A DNA stretch of 60,916 nt, counting the filler, from Dirinaria sp. TL-2023a (taxonomy: Eukaryota), in the NCBI GenBank assembly GCA_051941275.1. It is 6 parts of 6 records of this genome, joined end to end, with 100 filler letters (N's around TTAATTAATTAA, not from the genome) between each part and the next. Parts side by side here need not be neighbours in the genome. Positions count along the whole stretch, not along the records: positions 1 to 10,088 come from JAVEBF010000976.1; positions 10,189 to 20,261 come from JAVEBF010000977.1; 4 more parts are not named here. One strand, 5' to 3'. How positions within the stretch are numbered: the first letter of the stretch is position 1; each line of letters opens with the position of its first letter. The position numbers were made by a program, and so were the translations under genes. Shown here one piece after another: positions 1 through 11,358 of the stretch. Under the pieces are notes generated by a model. The model did no database searches. It was not told the DNA's origin and saw only the letters and a program-made list of their open reading frames with translations.

Positions 1-499
1 AATGCCTGCGCTCGCCCATTGCCGCGGGTCCTAGAAGGTTTTCGGGATGCATCGCCTGAAGTCAACTTGCCAGGGTGCATCGTGGCTCTGCGGTACCTGC
101 AGCGATATGCATGCACTAGGACCGGCTGGGAGGAACCAAGATGTGCCAATAAGATTTTGGATCATGATGCGTCGAACACACTCTGCTCTCGTTCCCGTTC
201 CGAGAGGGAAAAGCACCTGTCGCTTTCCCCAACTCCCGTTTCCCGTTCAAGACACCATTGCGACCGGTGATTCAAATGTCTCGATCCTCGCATGCACCTG
301 AGCTTCGTAGACTCAACGTTCGAAAATGATTAGTGATGGTTGCTGACGAGCTACCACTACTGCGCACAGACGTGACTCATCCGGTCATTCTCCAGAGCAC
401 CGCGGTCCGCGGCAAGCAACGATCCCCTTCAAACTGAGGATTACCGTGGAATTTTCTGAGTAACCGTTCTCGCGTGGGTCTTCGTCACTACGACAGCTT

Positions 500-1780
500 A
501 TTGCAACCTCGCTGCCTCTTCTCCATTCCACGCCTACAAGGCTCTCTCTCACCAGGTAAATGTATCCGTAGGTAGAAGGCTGCCAAGCTTTTCCCTAACC
601 GTTGTACCGGAATCACTCAAACCCACCTAGAACCGACTAAGAACCAACAGCCCTGCCAGGGTTTACGGGTACTCGTACGCCTCCGATTCCCTGTCGAAGC
701 CACTTTTTTTTTTTTTCATTTCCCACGCCTCAAGAAAAAATTGTCACTGCGGCGACGCTGGAACACATGATTCACGACTGAGCACGCACAAGCTACGCGG
801 AACGCTTTGTCCAGCCCCGACTGTGCCAGACACGCAGTGTTGCCGAGTCAAAGTTCCTGGCGTTGCATCAAGGTATCATTTCGGCATCCGCAGGACTCAT
901 TCTCGCTCCTTACTTGGAGCGACCATTTCCTGTGTGTTCAGACACTCGGCTAGCCTGCTGCGCTTGTAGGGCGCGCATGTTCCCTGTTTTACGAGAGGGT
1001 CAGATGGGTTGAATGACGTGTGAGACCGCTCGGGAAGAGCAAAAGAAAACAAAAGGCGAATTCAAGCGTTGTACGCTTGGACGCCGAGAAATTGCTCGGC
1101 ATCAATGACCAGCTGAGCCCCTATTACGAGATCCTTATTGATATTTCGTGACACCCTTTCTGCCTGCTCCCTGATCTTTCGCCCTGCTTCTGGATTAGCT
1201 GGGACAAACACGGGATGAAACCAACCGTGGTCTACCCGAAAGATGAAACTCACGCCGGGCGCAGACACTCTTCCCCCCTTCAAGGTCTTGGCATACCAAG
1301 AGTACAACCAGATAGATGATCGGTTAAACCGGTCCACATCAGATCTCAATTTCCACCTCAAGCCAATAACTTCAACCGTTTGGGGAAATTTGGGCCAGTA
1401 ACACGCGAACAGCAATCAATCCTTGAGACAAGTAGAATACGATTCCCTGCTTCGCTCCTTTCTGTATACGGAAGACGGATATACCTCTATGTGCGTTTGC
1501 GTTACCTAGTACCTGTACGGAAGCTCGACTCCGGGTACCTGAGTTATTTGGCAGGGCAGCGCCGATCCTCCTTCCAGCGCGCCGTCCCATGGTGCCACAC
1601 CTCATGCTGCTCTAGCTGCAGAAACCGGCACTGTGATGTGGGCGTCCCGGGCGAATGAGCTATCTCTTGGATATGCTTCGCCCCAAATAGCCATTTCGCC
1701 GCATGTTTTGGGAACACAACGTGGTAGCCACGTGGAGCGCTCGGCATGATCGTCCCGCTTCCATTATTACCTACATAAGG
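500..1780 (+). ncRNA. TER1: Candidate telomerase RNA (TER/TR); both ends approximate
   Basis: Template CCCTAACC (593-600) abuts a 7-bp hairpin (575-592). Long-range helices TGTATCCGT 561-569/ACGGATATA 1475-1483 and CGCTGCCT 510-517/GGGCAGCG 1554-1561. CR4/5-like junction at 1640-1742 with P6.1 TGTT-TTGGG-AACA (1704-1716). ATAAGG (1775, 1782) and GCTGAC (1859) lie downstream. No credible ORF in the region. Folded by eye only. Confidence 0.7.
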
Positions 1781-3484
1781 CATAAGGTTGCGCATTTTGG
1801 ATCTAGAAAAGTCCATAGTGCACCAGATCAGACTCAACGTTCCATTTATGGGTCCTGGGCTGACTGATCGCGGCATGCTTACATTACCAAGCTGTCAGCT
1901 TCGTCTGCAACTGCTTGCACTACCAGAACGAAACTGCTGCCTTCGGTTAATCTTATGACTCCGCTGACGACTTGGCTCTGATGGAATATGAAATGAATAC
2001 TTCATCTTATTCGTACTCCATAGACCCGCTTTGCTGATATTCTAATCTTTCTGACACCGGACAAAGTGAACTCCACCGCCTAGGGAGACACAGCCTCTAA
2101 ATACATGTAGTAAGGATTACGTGGTCGTCCAATTCTTAGCTTACACGGCAACCATCCATCCAGATCTCTTGAAAAAAAGTCTGCCTTAATCAAATAGTAA
2201 TCGCTCATCTACTAGTTGTAAGGAACCGATACCAAGTGAATCCTAACCCAAGCCCTTCCTTTGGCACCTTTGTCAACTCCCAGTCATTAAGTGAGAAGCC
2301 CCACTGGATACGAAGATTCTGCCGCTCCATTAGCAATACCAAGGTCTTCCATTTCTTTCGCCGCTACAAGGATACTGATAAGAAAATCGAGCTTGTCTGA
2401 CTCCTTCATAACTTCGGTAATTGAATCAGCAAATACCCAAAGATCGTGATACTACGCTTGAAGATATTGATAAGCAAGAGCTCGATACTGTTGCTGGTCA
2501 CTCCTGATTGCTGTCATCACATCATTGTGGACAAAGCAGCACCTCTCTTCTCTCCCCGTCTGCCAGTCTCGCCAGTGTGACGGCCTGTCGATGAGACGCG
2601 CTGTTAAGATAAAAGGCTAACAATGTGTGGTGGTGAGCCGTACGGCCCGATCCAGAGCCCAATAAGCTGTTTCTGTCCTGGCCCTGCAAATGAGAAACCC
2701 CTCAGTATGAGATACCAGATTTGGTTCTGAATCGCACCGGATTTCAAGACTAGGGTCGCTGACGCCAGATGTTCCGCCTCTTATGTTTCGTTTACTCTGG
2801 CTACGCAATAGGAAAGGTTCTCAGCGCTGCAGATTGGCTTCAGACGAGAGATGCCGCAATAACAGGCCGTCCAGTGGATTTATCAACAAGGTAATCAAAT
2901 TGTCTAAACCAGCATGGATGAGATCATCGAACGTTGCGACAGTCTAGTGGCTCTCGTCACTGATGACGAAGTCAGATAGGCCTGACTATTATTGATGCTA
3001 CAGACTCCACAGACCGCGAAGCCACATCGAAACCAGTCCTGCCATGAGCATGTTGTCGAATCTCCCTCAAGCCGGTAGAAAGCAAAGGTAGAGTGCGTTG
3101 CACTTGCAATTGACTACTCCAGAAGGTGATCGTTGCGAAACACAGCGCTCAAGCACAGCCCTACACTTGCACAATAGCGGTTAGGTTACCTACATCAGTC
3201 AGCCGTTGCTGCTTTCGGGGATCACGGATGAACGAGAACGAAAACGAGAGGTACAGGCAGTGTGAGTCATTAATATTTCCTGATCATTTAGTAGATTATT
3301 GCCATAGAGGCTCTCTCAAGTAAGTGATATAGTGAAGACTACCTTACAAGCACAGATACACTATTTCAGGTCTTCTATTTGATAGTCTTTGTAGCCTTCT
3401 ATTAAAGCGTTTCGGTCACGTTTTAATCACTCCTCAATTTCAGGTCAGGCATAGTTCTGTGACATTCTAATGATTTAATCGTCA

Positions 3485-4796
3485 ATGGCGCCTCCACCTA
3501 AAGTTGCTATAATTGGCGCTGGTCCTGCGGGCATGACGCTGGCACATCTCCTCCTAAAAGCCTCGATCCCGGTGATCGTTTTCGAAGGCGAGGCTTCACC
3601 ACTTATCCGCGGTCAGGGAGGCACTCTAGACTTGCACGACGATACTGGACTGAAAGTCTTGAAAGAGATAGGGCTATGGGATGAATTTTTGAGGTATGCC
3701 CGCTACGATGGAGAGGCAATTACAATTGCCGACAAGAATCTCAAAAAGTACATTTATATGGGAGGGACCACGATGGAGACGAGCCGTGGGAGACCGGAAA
3801 TTGATCGTGAGAAACTACGAAAGATTCTATACGAAGCGCTGCCAGATGGCACTATTCGCTGGGGTTGCCGGCTACAGAGATTAGGAGAGGACCGCTCGCT
3901 GCATTTCGATCACGGCGTGGAGTGTGGCTTTGACCTGGTCGTTGGCGCAGATGGTGCTTGGTCCAAGGTGCGGCCCTTGCTATCAAGAGTCAAGCCATAC
4001 TACTCCGGTCTTGGTGGCATACACAGTGTGGTGAATAATGCCGAAAAAGAGCACCCCGATCTTTACAAGCTCGTCAACCGAGGGTCCCTGTTCTGCTCTT
4101 CAGACGGCAAGAGCCTAATAGCGCAGCAAATGGGTGATGGGAGCATGACAATTGGTGAATGGACGCAGCGACCAGAGGACTGGCAGGAAACCTGTGGCTA
4201 CAACCTGAACGACCCGAGCCAGGTCAAGCAAGCGCTGTTGGAGGAATTCCGCGGTTGGGATCCACAGCTGGTGGAGTTTATCAATGCCGCCGACAACAGT
4301 CAACTCGTTCCTCGATCCTTGTACATGCTGCCAGTAGGCCATCGATGGGGTCATCGTGCAGGTTTCACGCTGATAGGGGACTCGGCGCATCTAATGACCC
4401 CTTTTGCAGGCGTAAGTGGTGTTTATGTTCTCGTTCTGTGCTCTCTGATGGTTGCGAAGATATGCTGACTCGATGATTTAAAAGGAAGGGGTCAATCTTG
4501 CAATGACGGATGCGTTAAAGCTAGCAGAAGCTTTAGTCTCCAGCAGCGGTTCCGAGAAGAATGATGCAGTGGATTTAGCAGTAAAAACTTTTGAGGAGGA
4601 AATGTTCTCAAGGGCAAGCATCATCGCTGAGGTTACGAAAGGAAACATGGAAGATCTGCTATTCTCGTCGGGCATGAGTGAGCACACTGCACCTCGGTAT
4701 GTCAGGAGAGCGTTGTTGGGTGAGAAGCCATGGCTGGAAAGGTTAGTACCTCTATGGTTTGTGAGGCTTTTCTTGCGCCTCTACTTCAAATGGTAG
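3485..4796 (+). CDS. FAD-dependent monooxygenase, TetX-like group A flavoprotein
   Basis: GAGPAG Rossmann motif, QGGTLDLH, RPEIDR, DLVVGADGAWSKVR, and GDSAHLMTPFAG|EGVNLAM across intron 4412-4484 (GTAAGT...GCTGAC...AAG). Confidence 0.9.
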
Positions 4797-5272
4797 GTAA
4801 ACATAAGTATTCGATGTGGCAAAAGAAAGAAGTTCAACGCCCCAATCATTCAAAGCAAGCAGCGGAACCCAATGTAATACTGTGTATATCAAATTTGAGA
4901 GCCCCCAACCCTCCATGGATTGCTCTCAATTGGATATGGGTAACTGCTGCAATTACAATAATCATATTCAAACGCTTGATATTATATTCAAACCTTACGA
5001 ATGCGACTGCGTAATTCTCCCTGCATATAGTTTAGTCCTGGAGTCTCTTCTATGAGAAACGGCAAGTAGAGTCATGTGACTTGCGTAGTACGTAGTAGCT
5101 GGAGCAGTTCCGAAGCTCGTACTTGCAGTACTGAACATAATTTCTGGCCCAATGATACTTCTGCTGCGTACAATTACCCGCTGAATTATTCCATCCCGGC
5201 GGCTCCATTTGCACGTCTGATCCGGACAAAGTACAACGTTCATCTTATTCTCTCCTTGAACTCGACCTCAAC

Positions 5273-6041
5273 ATGGCAACGTCAAATTGGCGGACTATAA
5301 ACATAGATCTCCTCGACCCCGACTCCCCCGCCAACTTCCCGGTGCCATCCCTACTCCCCGCTTCTATTCCATCGGTCTCCTCCTCGGAAGTACAATCGCT
5401 AGCTGGGCAGATAAAGCAACTATTACGAGGCGGGGACACAGAGGGTGCGCTGAGAGGCGCGCTGGAGAATGCACCGTACGGGGGAGACAGCAGTGCGAAG
5501 GTATGTAGCCTTTTCGCCCTTGTCTTTGGGAGCCAAAGCACAAGTGAAATATCTACGCATCGTCGCTGACTTTGCAATGGCCCAGGAAGTACATTTAGCT
5601 ACAGTGGTGGAGATCCTACAGTCAATAAAACAGTCCGACATGTCGCCTTTGTTGAATAGAATATATGGCTCGGATGGTGGGATTGAACTTCTGGACGTCT
5701 TGATGAAATATCTGTACGTGAGGCGCCGGATTCGCTCAACGCATATCCATTTTGCACTGCTCATTCTGAAACCTCTATCTCTACCCGGCCACCTTCTCCT
5801 TCCTGTGGCATGCTGATCTTGGACAAGGTATAAGGGCATGTCCCGTACCTCAAATACCGCGTCTGCCTCCATCCGTTCATTGTCACCACAACCAACCGGC
5901 TTTTCGCAGATACAGTCAAGAGGTGGCGGGGAAGGTGGTGGGCAAGCGATGAGTGTTCTTTTAAGCTTTCATGAGAAATTAGTAGAGATCGCTGGGCCAG
6001 GGTCTATTGTACGGGTTATGACGGATCGAAGAACGGTTTGA
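5273..6041 (+). CDS. ARC15: Arp2/3 complex subunit 5 (ARPC5)
   Basis: NWRTINIDLLDPDS, ALENAPYGGD, LDVLMKYLYKGM, MSVLLSFHEKLVEIAGPGSIVRVMTDRRTV. Introns 5501-5585 and 5714-5827. Confidence 0.95.
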
Positions 6042-6306
6042 TGAGTGAGTTCAAAATCTGAAATGCCGCTACAGAGGAGAGCAGCGCATAAGTTCGCAAA
6101 GCATCCAAATATAACGAAGCTTCAGGCTACCTTTGCATTCCACGAAGCTCCCTGCGCTGTACCATCGAAGGAAATCTTGGTGAAAAAGGAGATGTATCAG
6201 TAGGCTACTGGAGCACATCGAACGGCATGGTGACCAATTGAATCACTAGCATCGATGAAGTTGAGGCGTGGTGCAATTGACGTTTCAACAGTATATACAT
6301 TCGATC

Positions 6307-7442
6307 CTATGTCGTCCCTGCTCCTCCTCCTCCTCCTCCTCCACCTCCTCCCAGTACATCTGTCATGGAAATTTGACCAGATCCTCTTGCCAGGGGCTCT
6401 GGCTGCCCCTCACCAGCCGTCCACCCTATCATGTATATGATTCGAAAGGTTGCCGGCAGAGTCCCGTCCTTATTCCCGTGCAGTGTCCGATATATACCCT
6501 CACTAGCCAACAAGACATCTCTGCCAATGGGTCCCATCTCCCTCCCGACCACAGCATTGTTCTCTCCCATAGCTTGCAGATCCTTCATCAAGGCAAATGT
6601 ATCTGGGTAATCCACGATGATATCATCAACGTCGACTGTCAAGAGTTTAAAGCCAGCCTTCGTCAGAAGTCCTCCGACATCACGCACGTCAGCTAATGGA
6701 GAGGTATGCGTGCTGACTCCGCCAAGTCGATCCTGCTCCGATAATTGTAACGAGGTGCGTAATTCGTACAATGAGTCTCCTCCAAGCATAGCTGCTATGA
6801 AAGGACTATCTGGTTTCAGAATATGATTGATCTGGGCCAACAGCGATGGAAGGTCGTTTATCCAATGCAAGGACACTGATGAGAGGACGGCTGAGAACGA
6901 CTGTGGTTCGAATGGGAGAGGATGATCGATTGGCGGGAGTTCGACACGTGTGTGGGAAGATAGACGGTCATTGAATGGGAGAGATGCATCGCGCCAGAGG
7001 AGCCTGGGGGAGGTCTCAGCGGACGTGAGATGGGTGAGACGAGTGGACGGCGTGACTGGGCGATCTGAAGTCGTGGAGGGGATAGTAAGAGCTCGGGCAA
7101 TGTTGCAGGCATTGGCACCAAGGTCAAGGACGGTGGGAAAGTGGCGATTGATGTCCTGGGCAGGATTTAGACGAGAGGGTAGTCTGAGGACATTTTGATT
7201 GGAGTCAGGCGCACGAGCAGTCGTTCGCAAAGCCTCGATGCTACCTCATCGCGAAGGTAGTCGACTTTTCTGCTGCCTTCCCCATCCAGGGCAGCCCGCT
7301 CTTTCTGGAGGTGCTTGGTGTTGCTGTTGAAAACCTGGAGTATGGGCGTACCTGGTGATTGAACTGCGTAGGCTCTGGAATTTGATATGGGTGGTCGAGT
7401 TCCTAAGCGCCGAGAGAAAGGTCGTAAAGATACTTTATTCAT
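6307..7442 (-). CDS. NDUFAF5: Mitochondrial complex I assembly factor 5 (SAM-dependent methyltransferase fold)
   Basis: Presequence-like N-terminus, KHLQKERAA, DYLRDEVASRLCERLL|DINRHF (intron 7156-7214), LDLGANAC, SLHWINDLP, TLPATFRIIYMIGW. Confidence 0.93.
6321..6350 (-). repeat. (GGA)n trinucleotide tract encoding the poly-Gly tail of NDUFAF5
   Basis: ctcctcctcctcctcctcctccacctcctc on +, translating to GGGGGGGGGG just before the stop. Confidence 0.85.
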
Positions 7443-7786
7443 TGGGAAATGTTTGCTACATGAGCAAATTCGAAACGTTCAGCAGCTAGAAGCATTGGAG
7501 TAGAGAGTACCTTACCTGTAGCCTCAAACGAGTGGCGACTAAAGTACGTCAATCGCGCCCAAACTTCATCATAATTAGCTTAATCCGGCACTGTGGCTCG
7601 TGTACTTTAGGTACGAGACTACGAGTACCTTACCTCTAGAGGCTCTAGGCTTTTGCTACCCGGGACTATCCCTATCAGCCTTCCCGAGGGACTGCGAGCC
7701 TGCAACCTCCAAATGCAAGTTCGAGGCGGTCCCTTTTACGGCTTCAGCGGTTGGTACGGGTAGGTAGTTGTACTTTGCCTTGCAGC
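7443..7786. promoter_or_regulatory. Bidirectional promoter NDUFAF5/DCTN4 with duplicated 13-mer GAGTACCTTACCT
   Basis: 344 bp between divergent ATGs; identical 13-mers at 7505-7517 and 7623-7635. Confidence 0.55.
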
Positions 7787-9492
7787 ATGAAGTTTCCCTA
7801 CACCTACATCAGCTGCCCATGCACCGACATCAATGCCTCAAGCGGCTTGAATAATGCGAAGAGCAACGGTGATGAGGAGGAGGAGGAGGATCAAGAGAAG
7901 ACCTTTGGTCCAAGCTCACCTCGCGCGAACTTTTCCTTGTACCCCATCGAGCACCTCTTATATTGCGAGGACTGCCAGCAAATCCGATGTCCGAGGTGCA
8001 CGATAGAAGAGATATCATGCTGGTACTGTCCAAGTTGTCTCTTCGAGGTTACCAGCATGTCGGTCAAGAGTGACGGCAATAGGTAGGTAAGGCTTCAGCA
8101 CCTCAATCCTACCATTCGTCGAATGTTACAACTGAGCAGGATGGCAGATGCCTTCGTAATTGCTTCGACTGCCCGATATGTACGGCTCCTCTGGGTCCGA
8201 ACCTCATCAACCCTGAAGGGGATGCCATGGCGGGACCATACATCCTTGCTTGTGATTATTGTCATTGGACGACACTGGATATCGGCATGCAATTCGATCG
8301 GCCCACAAGGATCAACGAAAAGATAGCGGCGCAAAGGGCAGAGATGAAAGCGAAACGAGCATCGGATCCGGAGTCGTCATCAAGTGAGCGTCAACCAGCG
8401 AAGTGCGACCCAGAGGAGGCATTTGCATCTCTGAAGAAATTCATGTCGTTGCAAATTTCGTCTGCCGCAACTGCAAACCCCCTGCTCACCCCTGGCGGGG
8501 GCTACAATTACGACTCGCCGAGCAGTCTTGCCCGGATCATGAGCCTCTACACAGGTCTCGGGTCGTACGGCAAGAAGAACACCTCGAAAGCAGGACCCAT
8601 GCGCGAGAGCGCTGACGCTTCAGAGGGGCTCCAAGTCTTCGATTCGAAAATCGACATGGCAGCTGTTGACCATCTACGCAAGCAAGGCTACGAAGGGGTG
8701 ACGAGCCAAGAACAACGTGCAAACCAACGCTTCCCATCACGATGCATGGAGGACTTGCTTCCTGTTCCTACCTTGCTGCGTACGAAGCGCGCCAAACGCT
8801 GTCGAACCTGTCGGCATATTCTGGTAAAGCCAGAACCGAAAGTAGTGAGCACGAGATACAGGATCAGGCTTCTAGCGCTAAATTATATTCCTTCAATCAC
8901 TCTGCAACCTTTGTTGGCTCCTGCGTCAGCCTCTTCTCCTTCGGCATCGGCGATGAACCTTAACAATCTACCTGCACTGAAAGCGAACCAATTCCTCCTC
9001 ACGCTCAAGAATGCTCTCTTTGAACCTGTCAAAATCACTCTCGCCACCCCATCACACACCCCTGGGCGTTTCAGCCATAAGGTCACGATCCTTTGCCCTC
9101 AATTTGACATCGGCGCGAACGCTGACCCCTGGGACGAGGCTCTGGCATCAGGCGACACGTCTAATCGCCGGGCGAGCAAAGCGCTGCCATCGTCTCACTC
9201 TGTTAGGGATGACGCGGGAGGCACGAAAGTGGCTGAGGCGGGAAAAGTCTGGGAGAAAGGACGGAATTGGACGACAGTGGTGCTGGAGGTTGTCTGTGAA
9301 GCTGTCGTTGGACAAGACGAGAGAGAGGATGCGGATGTGTTAGAGATACCAATCTTTGTAAGAACGGAGTATGAGGTCGATGTGGAAAAGGAGAATGTCC
9401 AGGCCAGCGCGGAGAAGGAAAGGAGGGAGAAGCGGGAGCTGGCTTACTGGGCCGTTATCGGGGTTGGAAGAATTGCGCCGATTAGTGTGTGA
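7787..9492 (+). CDS. DCTN4: Dynactin subunit 4 (p62)
   Basis: LLYCEDCQQIRCPRC, WYCPSCLFEV, GNR|CLRNCFDCPIC (intron 8083-8147), LRTKRAKRCRTCRHILVKPE, ELAYWAVIGVGRI. Confidence 0.93.
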
Positions 9493-9690
9493 TTGGGAAC
9501 AGCACGCTTCAGAGATACCCATATACAGCGAACCAGCAGCAATCTGGATGGTTTTGGGAGCTATGTGCTATGTGTCTCCATAACTACCAGCCATGCCATC
9601 AGCTACTTCCATATTCTCAACCATTCCTTCCCCCCCTAGGGCCCCCCCCCCAAGCAGGGGGGTTTTCCTTTTCATGCTCTATAGTGCTAC

Positions 9691-10054
9691 CTAATACTCT
9701 ACCGTGCCAACGGGAAACTCGAACCCGACCCCTTTGCCCGTCAACCTCCGATACACCTCGGCATAAGTATCGAGCCTGAAATCCACGCTGCCCCGCTCCT
9801 TCTCATCCAGCACCACCTTCAGCACTTTACTGCCGTCCTCGCGCGTGCGCGTGCGCTTCCCCACGATCTCGACGGGGTACACCACGTCCCCCAAGATCGC
9901 GTCGTGCACGGCGGTCAGGGTGCGCGAGTGCGGCCGTTTCTGCGTCTGCGAGGTGCGGGACCGGTTTGAGCGTTTTGGTCGGGGCAGGATCCGTCGGGAG
10001 GCGAGGATTAGTACATGGCGGTCGGAGAATTTCTTCTCCAGTTCGCGCGTTAGG
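9691..10054 (-). CDS. RPS7: 40S ribosomal protein eS7, last exon only (5' part lost at contig end)
   Basis: [14 protein letters not shown]...[15 protein letters not shown]...[14 protein letters not shown]...YRRLTGK; acceptor CAG at 10055-10057 on the minus strand. Confidence 0.95.
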
Positions 10055-10088
10055 CTGTGAGGGGGTATTAGCTTGAACTTTAGTTTAC

Positions 10089-10188
10089 NNNNNNNNNNNN
10101 NNNNNNNNNNNNNNNNNNNNNNNNNNNNNNNNTTAATTAATTAANNNNNNNNNNNNNNNNNNNNNNNNNNNNNNNNNNNNNNNNNNNN
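10089..10188. other. Artificial contig linker
   Basis: N44-TTAATTAATTAA-N44, with stops in all six frames. Confidence 0.99.
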
Positions 10189-10212
10189 ATGTAAATAATC
10201 CTATCTACAAAT

Positions 10213-11358
10213 TCAAAGTTTACTCCCCTCCTCCTTCTCACCCACAAGCGTCAAAAACGCGCCCTCGACCTCCTCCGTCAGATCGCTCGCCTGCAAGCTC
10301 CTCCCCCTCTTTTTATACGCCTGCCGCGAGCACTCGCGCGTGATGCAGCTGCCTCCCCACGCCGCCAGCATCAGCGTCTCCTCTCTATCCAAATCCCCCT
10401 CCGTATCCCACAGCCCTTCATGGTACGTGCCTCTCCAGGCCAAAAACGTGCCGATGCTCCCCGTTAGAGTATCGCCCTGGCCACCGGACCTCTTCCGCCC
10501 GCCCTCCAGATCGCCGATACACGACACGGTACCGTTGTTGATATAGTCGTGCTCCCCTTTCCTGACGATCATAACCCCTCCCAGCGCGTCCGCGAGCCGT
10601 TTACACCCCTCCATCCCAGTATCCTGGGTCTCCGCATCGACGGCTTTCGCCAACCGCGCGAATTCCACCACGTTCGGCGTGAGCACGCATTCTTTGTACC
10701 CCCTGACTAGCTCCGGGCGCTGCTGCACGAGCCACAGCGCGTCCGCGTCCAGCACGAGCGGCATCTTGACGTCCTTCGCCGCTTTGATCACCTCCGCCAC
10801 TGTATCCTGCATCAACGCATCGCGGCCCAGCCCTGGGCCGATGACGACCGCGTGGAGGTTCGAGAGCAGGCTGACGATCTTGGGCACGATGGCGCTGCAG
10901 GGCGGTGGCGACGCGAAGGTCGATTCGTGCATGATCGGGTGCACCATTAGGTTCGGAGAGTAGGTTTTGATCACGTTCGCGGCCGGGGGTGTGCAGATTA
11001 CGTGCGAGAGATCGCAGCCTAGCCGGGCGGAGGCCATGGATGAGAAATACGGTGCGCCGGTGTAGCTGGGTGGGAGCCATTGATGTTAGCAAATTCTTTT
11101 GGAAATGGAAAAAGGTGGAGGGGGGGTCAAAATAGTGCTTGAGCAACTGGAGAAGGGGGTATGATGGATTACATACTTCTCGCTGCCGCCGATGACGGCC
11201 ACGCGTCCCAATTGGCCTGCATTGCTTGCGCGAGTCAGATTTCATGGTCTTTGCATGGCTTCACTGGGAGAGGGAAGGGCACCTTTGTGGAATCTTTCCA
11301 GCATGGGCGGGACCATCATGCGGAGCTTGGTGAAGAGTTCTTTCGTGGCGGGAGACAT
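10213..11358 (-). CDS. NNR2: ATP-dependent (S)-NAD(P)H-hydrate dehydratase (NAXD/CARKD)
   Basis: [23 protein letters not shown]...[55 protein letters not shown]; two introns. Confidence 0.93.

Noticed and set aside
2242..2251. CCTAACCCAA as an alternative telomerase template
   Set aside because: It lies downstream of the CR4/5-like element and lacks a boundary hairpin and enclosing helix.
19..3323. Short ORFs in the first 3.3 kb (e.g. 1062-1415, 1380-1658, 1544-1876)
   Set aside because: No recognisable motifs, mostly non-ATG starts and no coherent exon chain. The region is better explained as structured ncRNA plus intergenic DNA.
7508..7518. TACCTTACCTG resembling the U1 snRNA 5' end
   Set aside because: No U1 stem-loops or Sm site follow; it fits the recurrent promoter motif instead.
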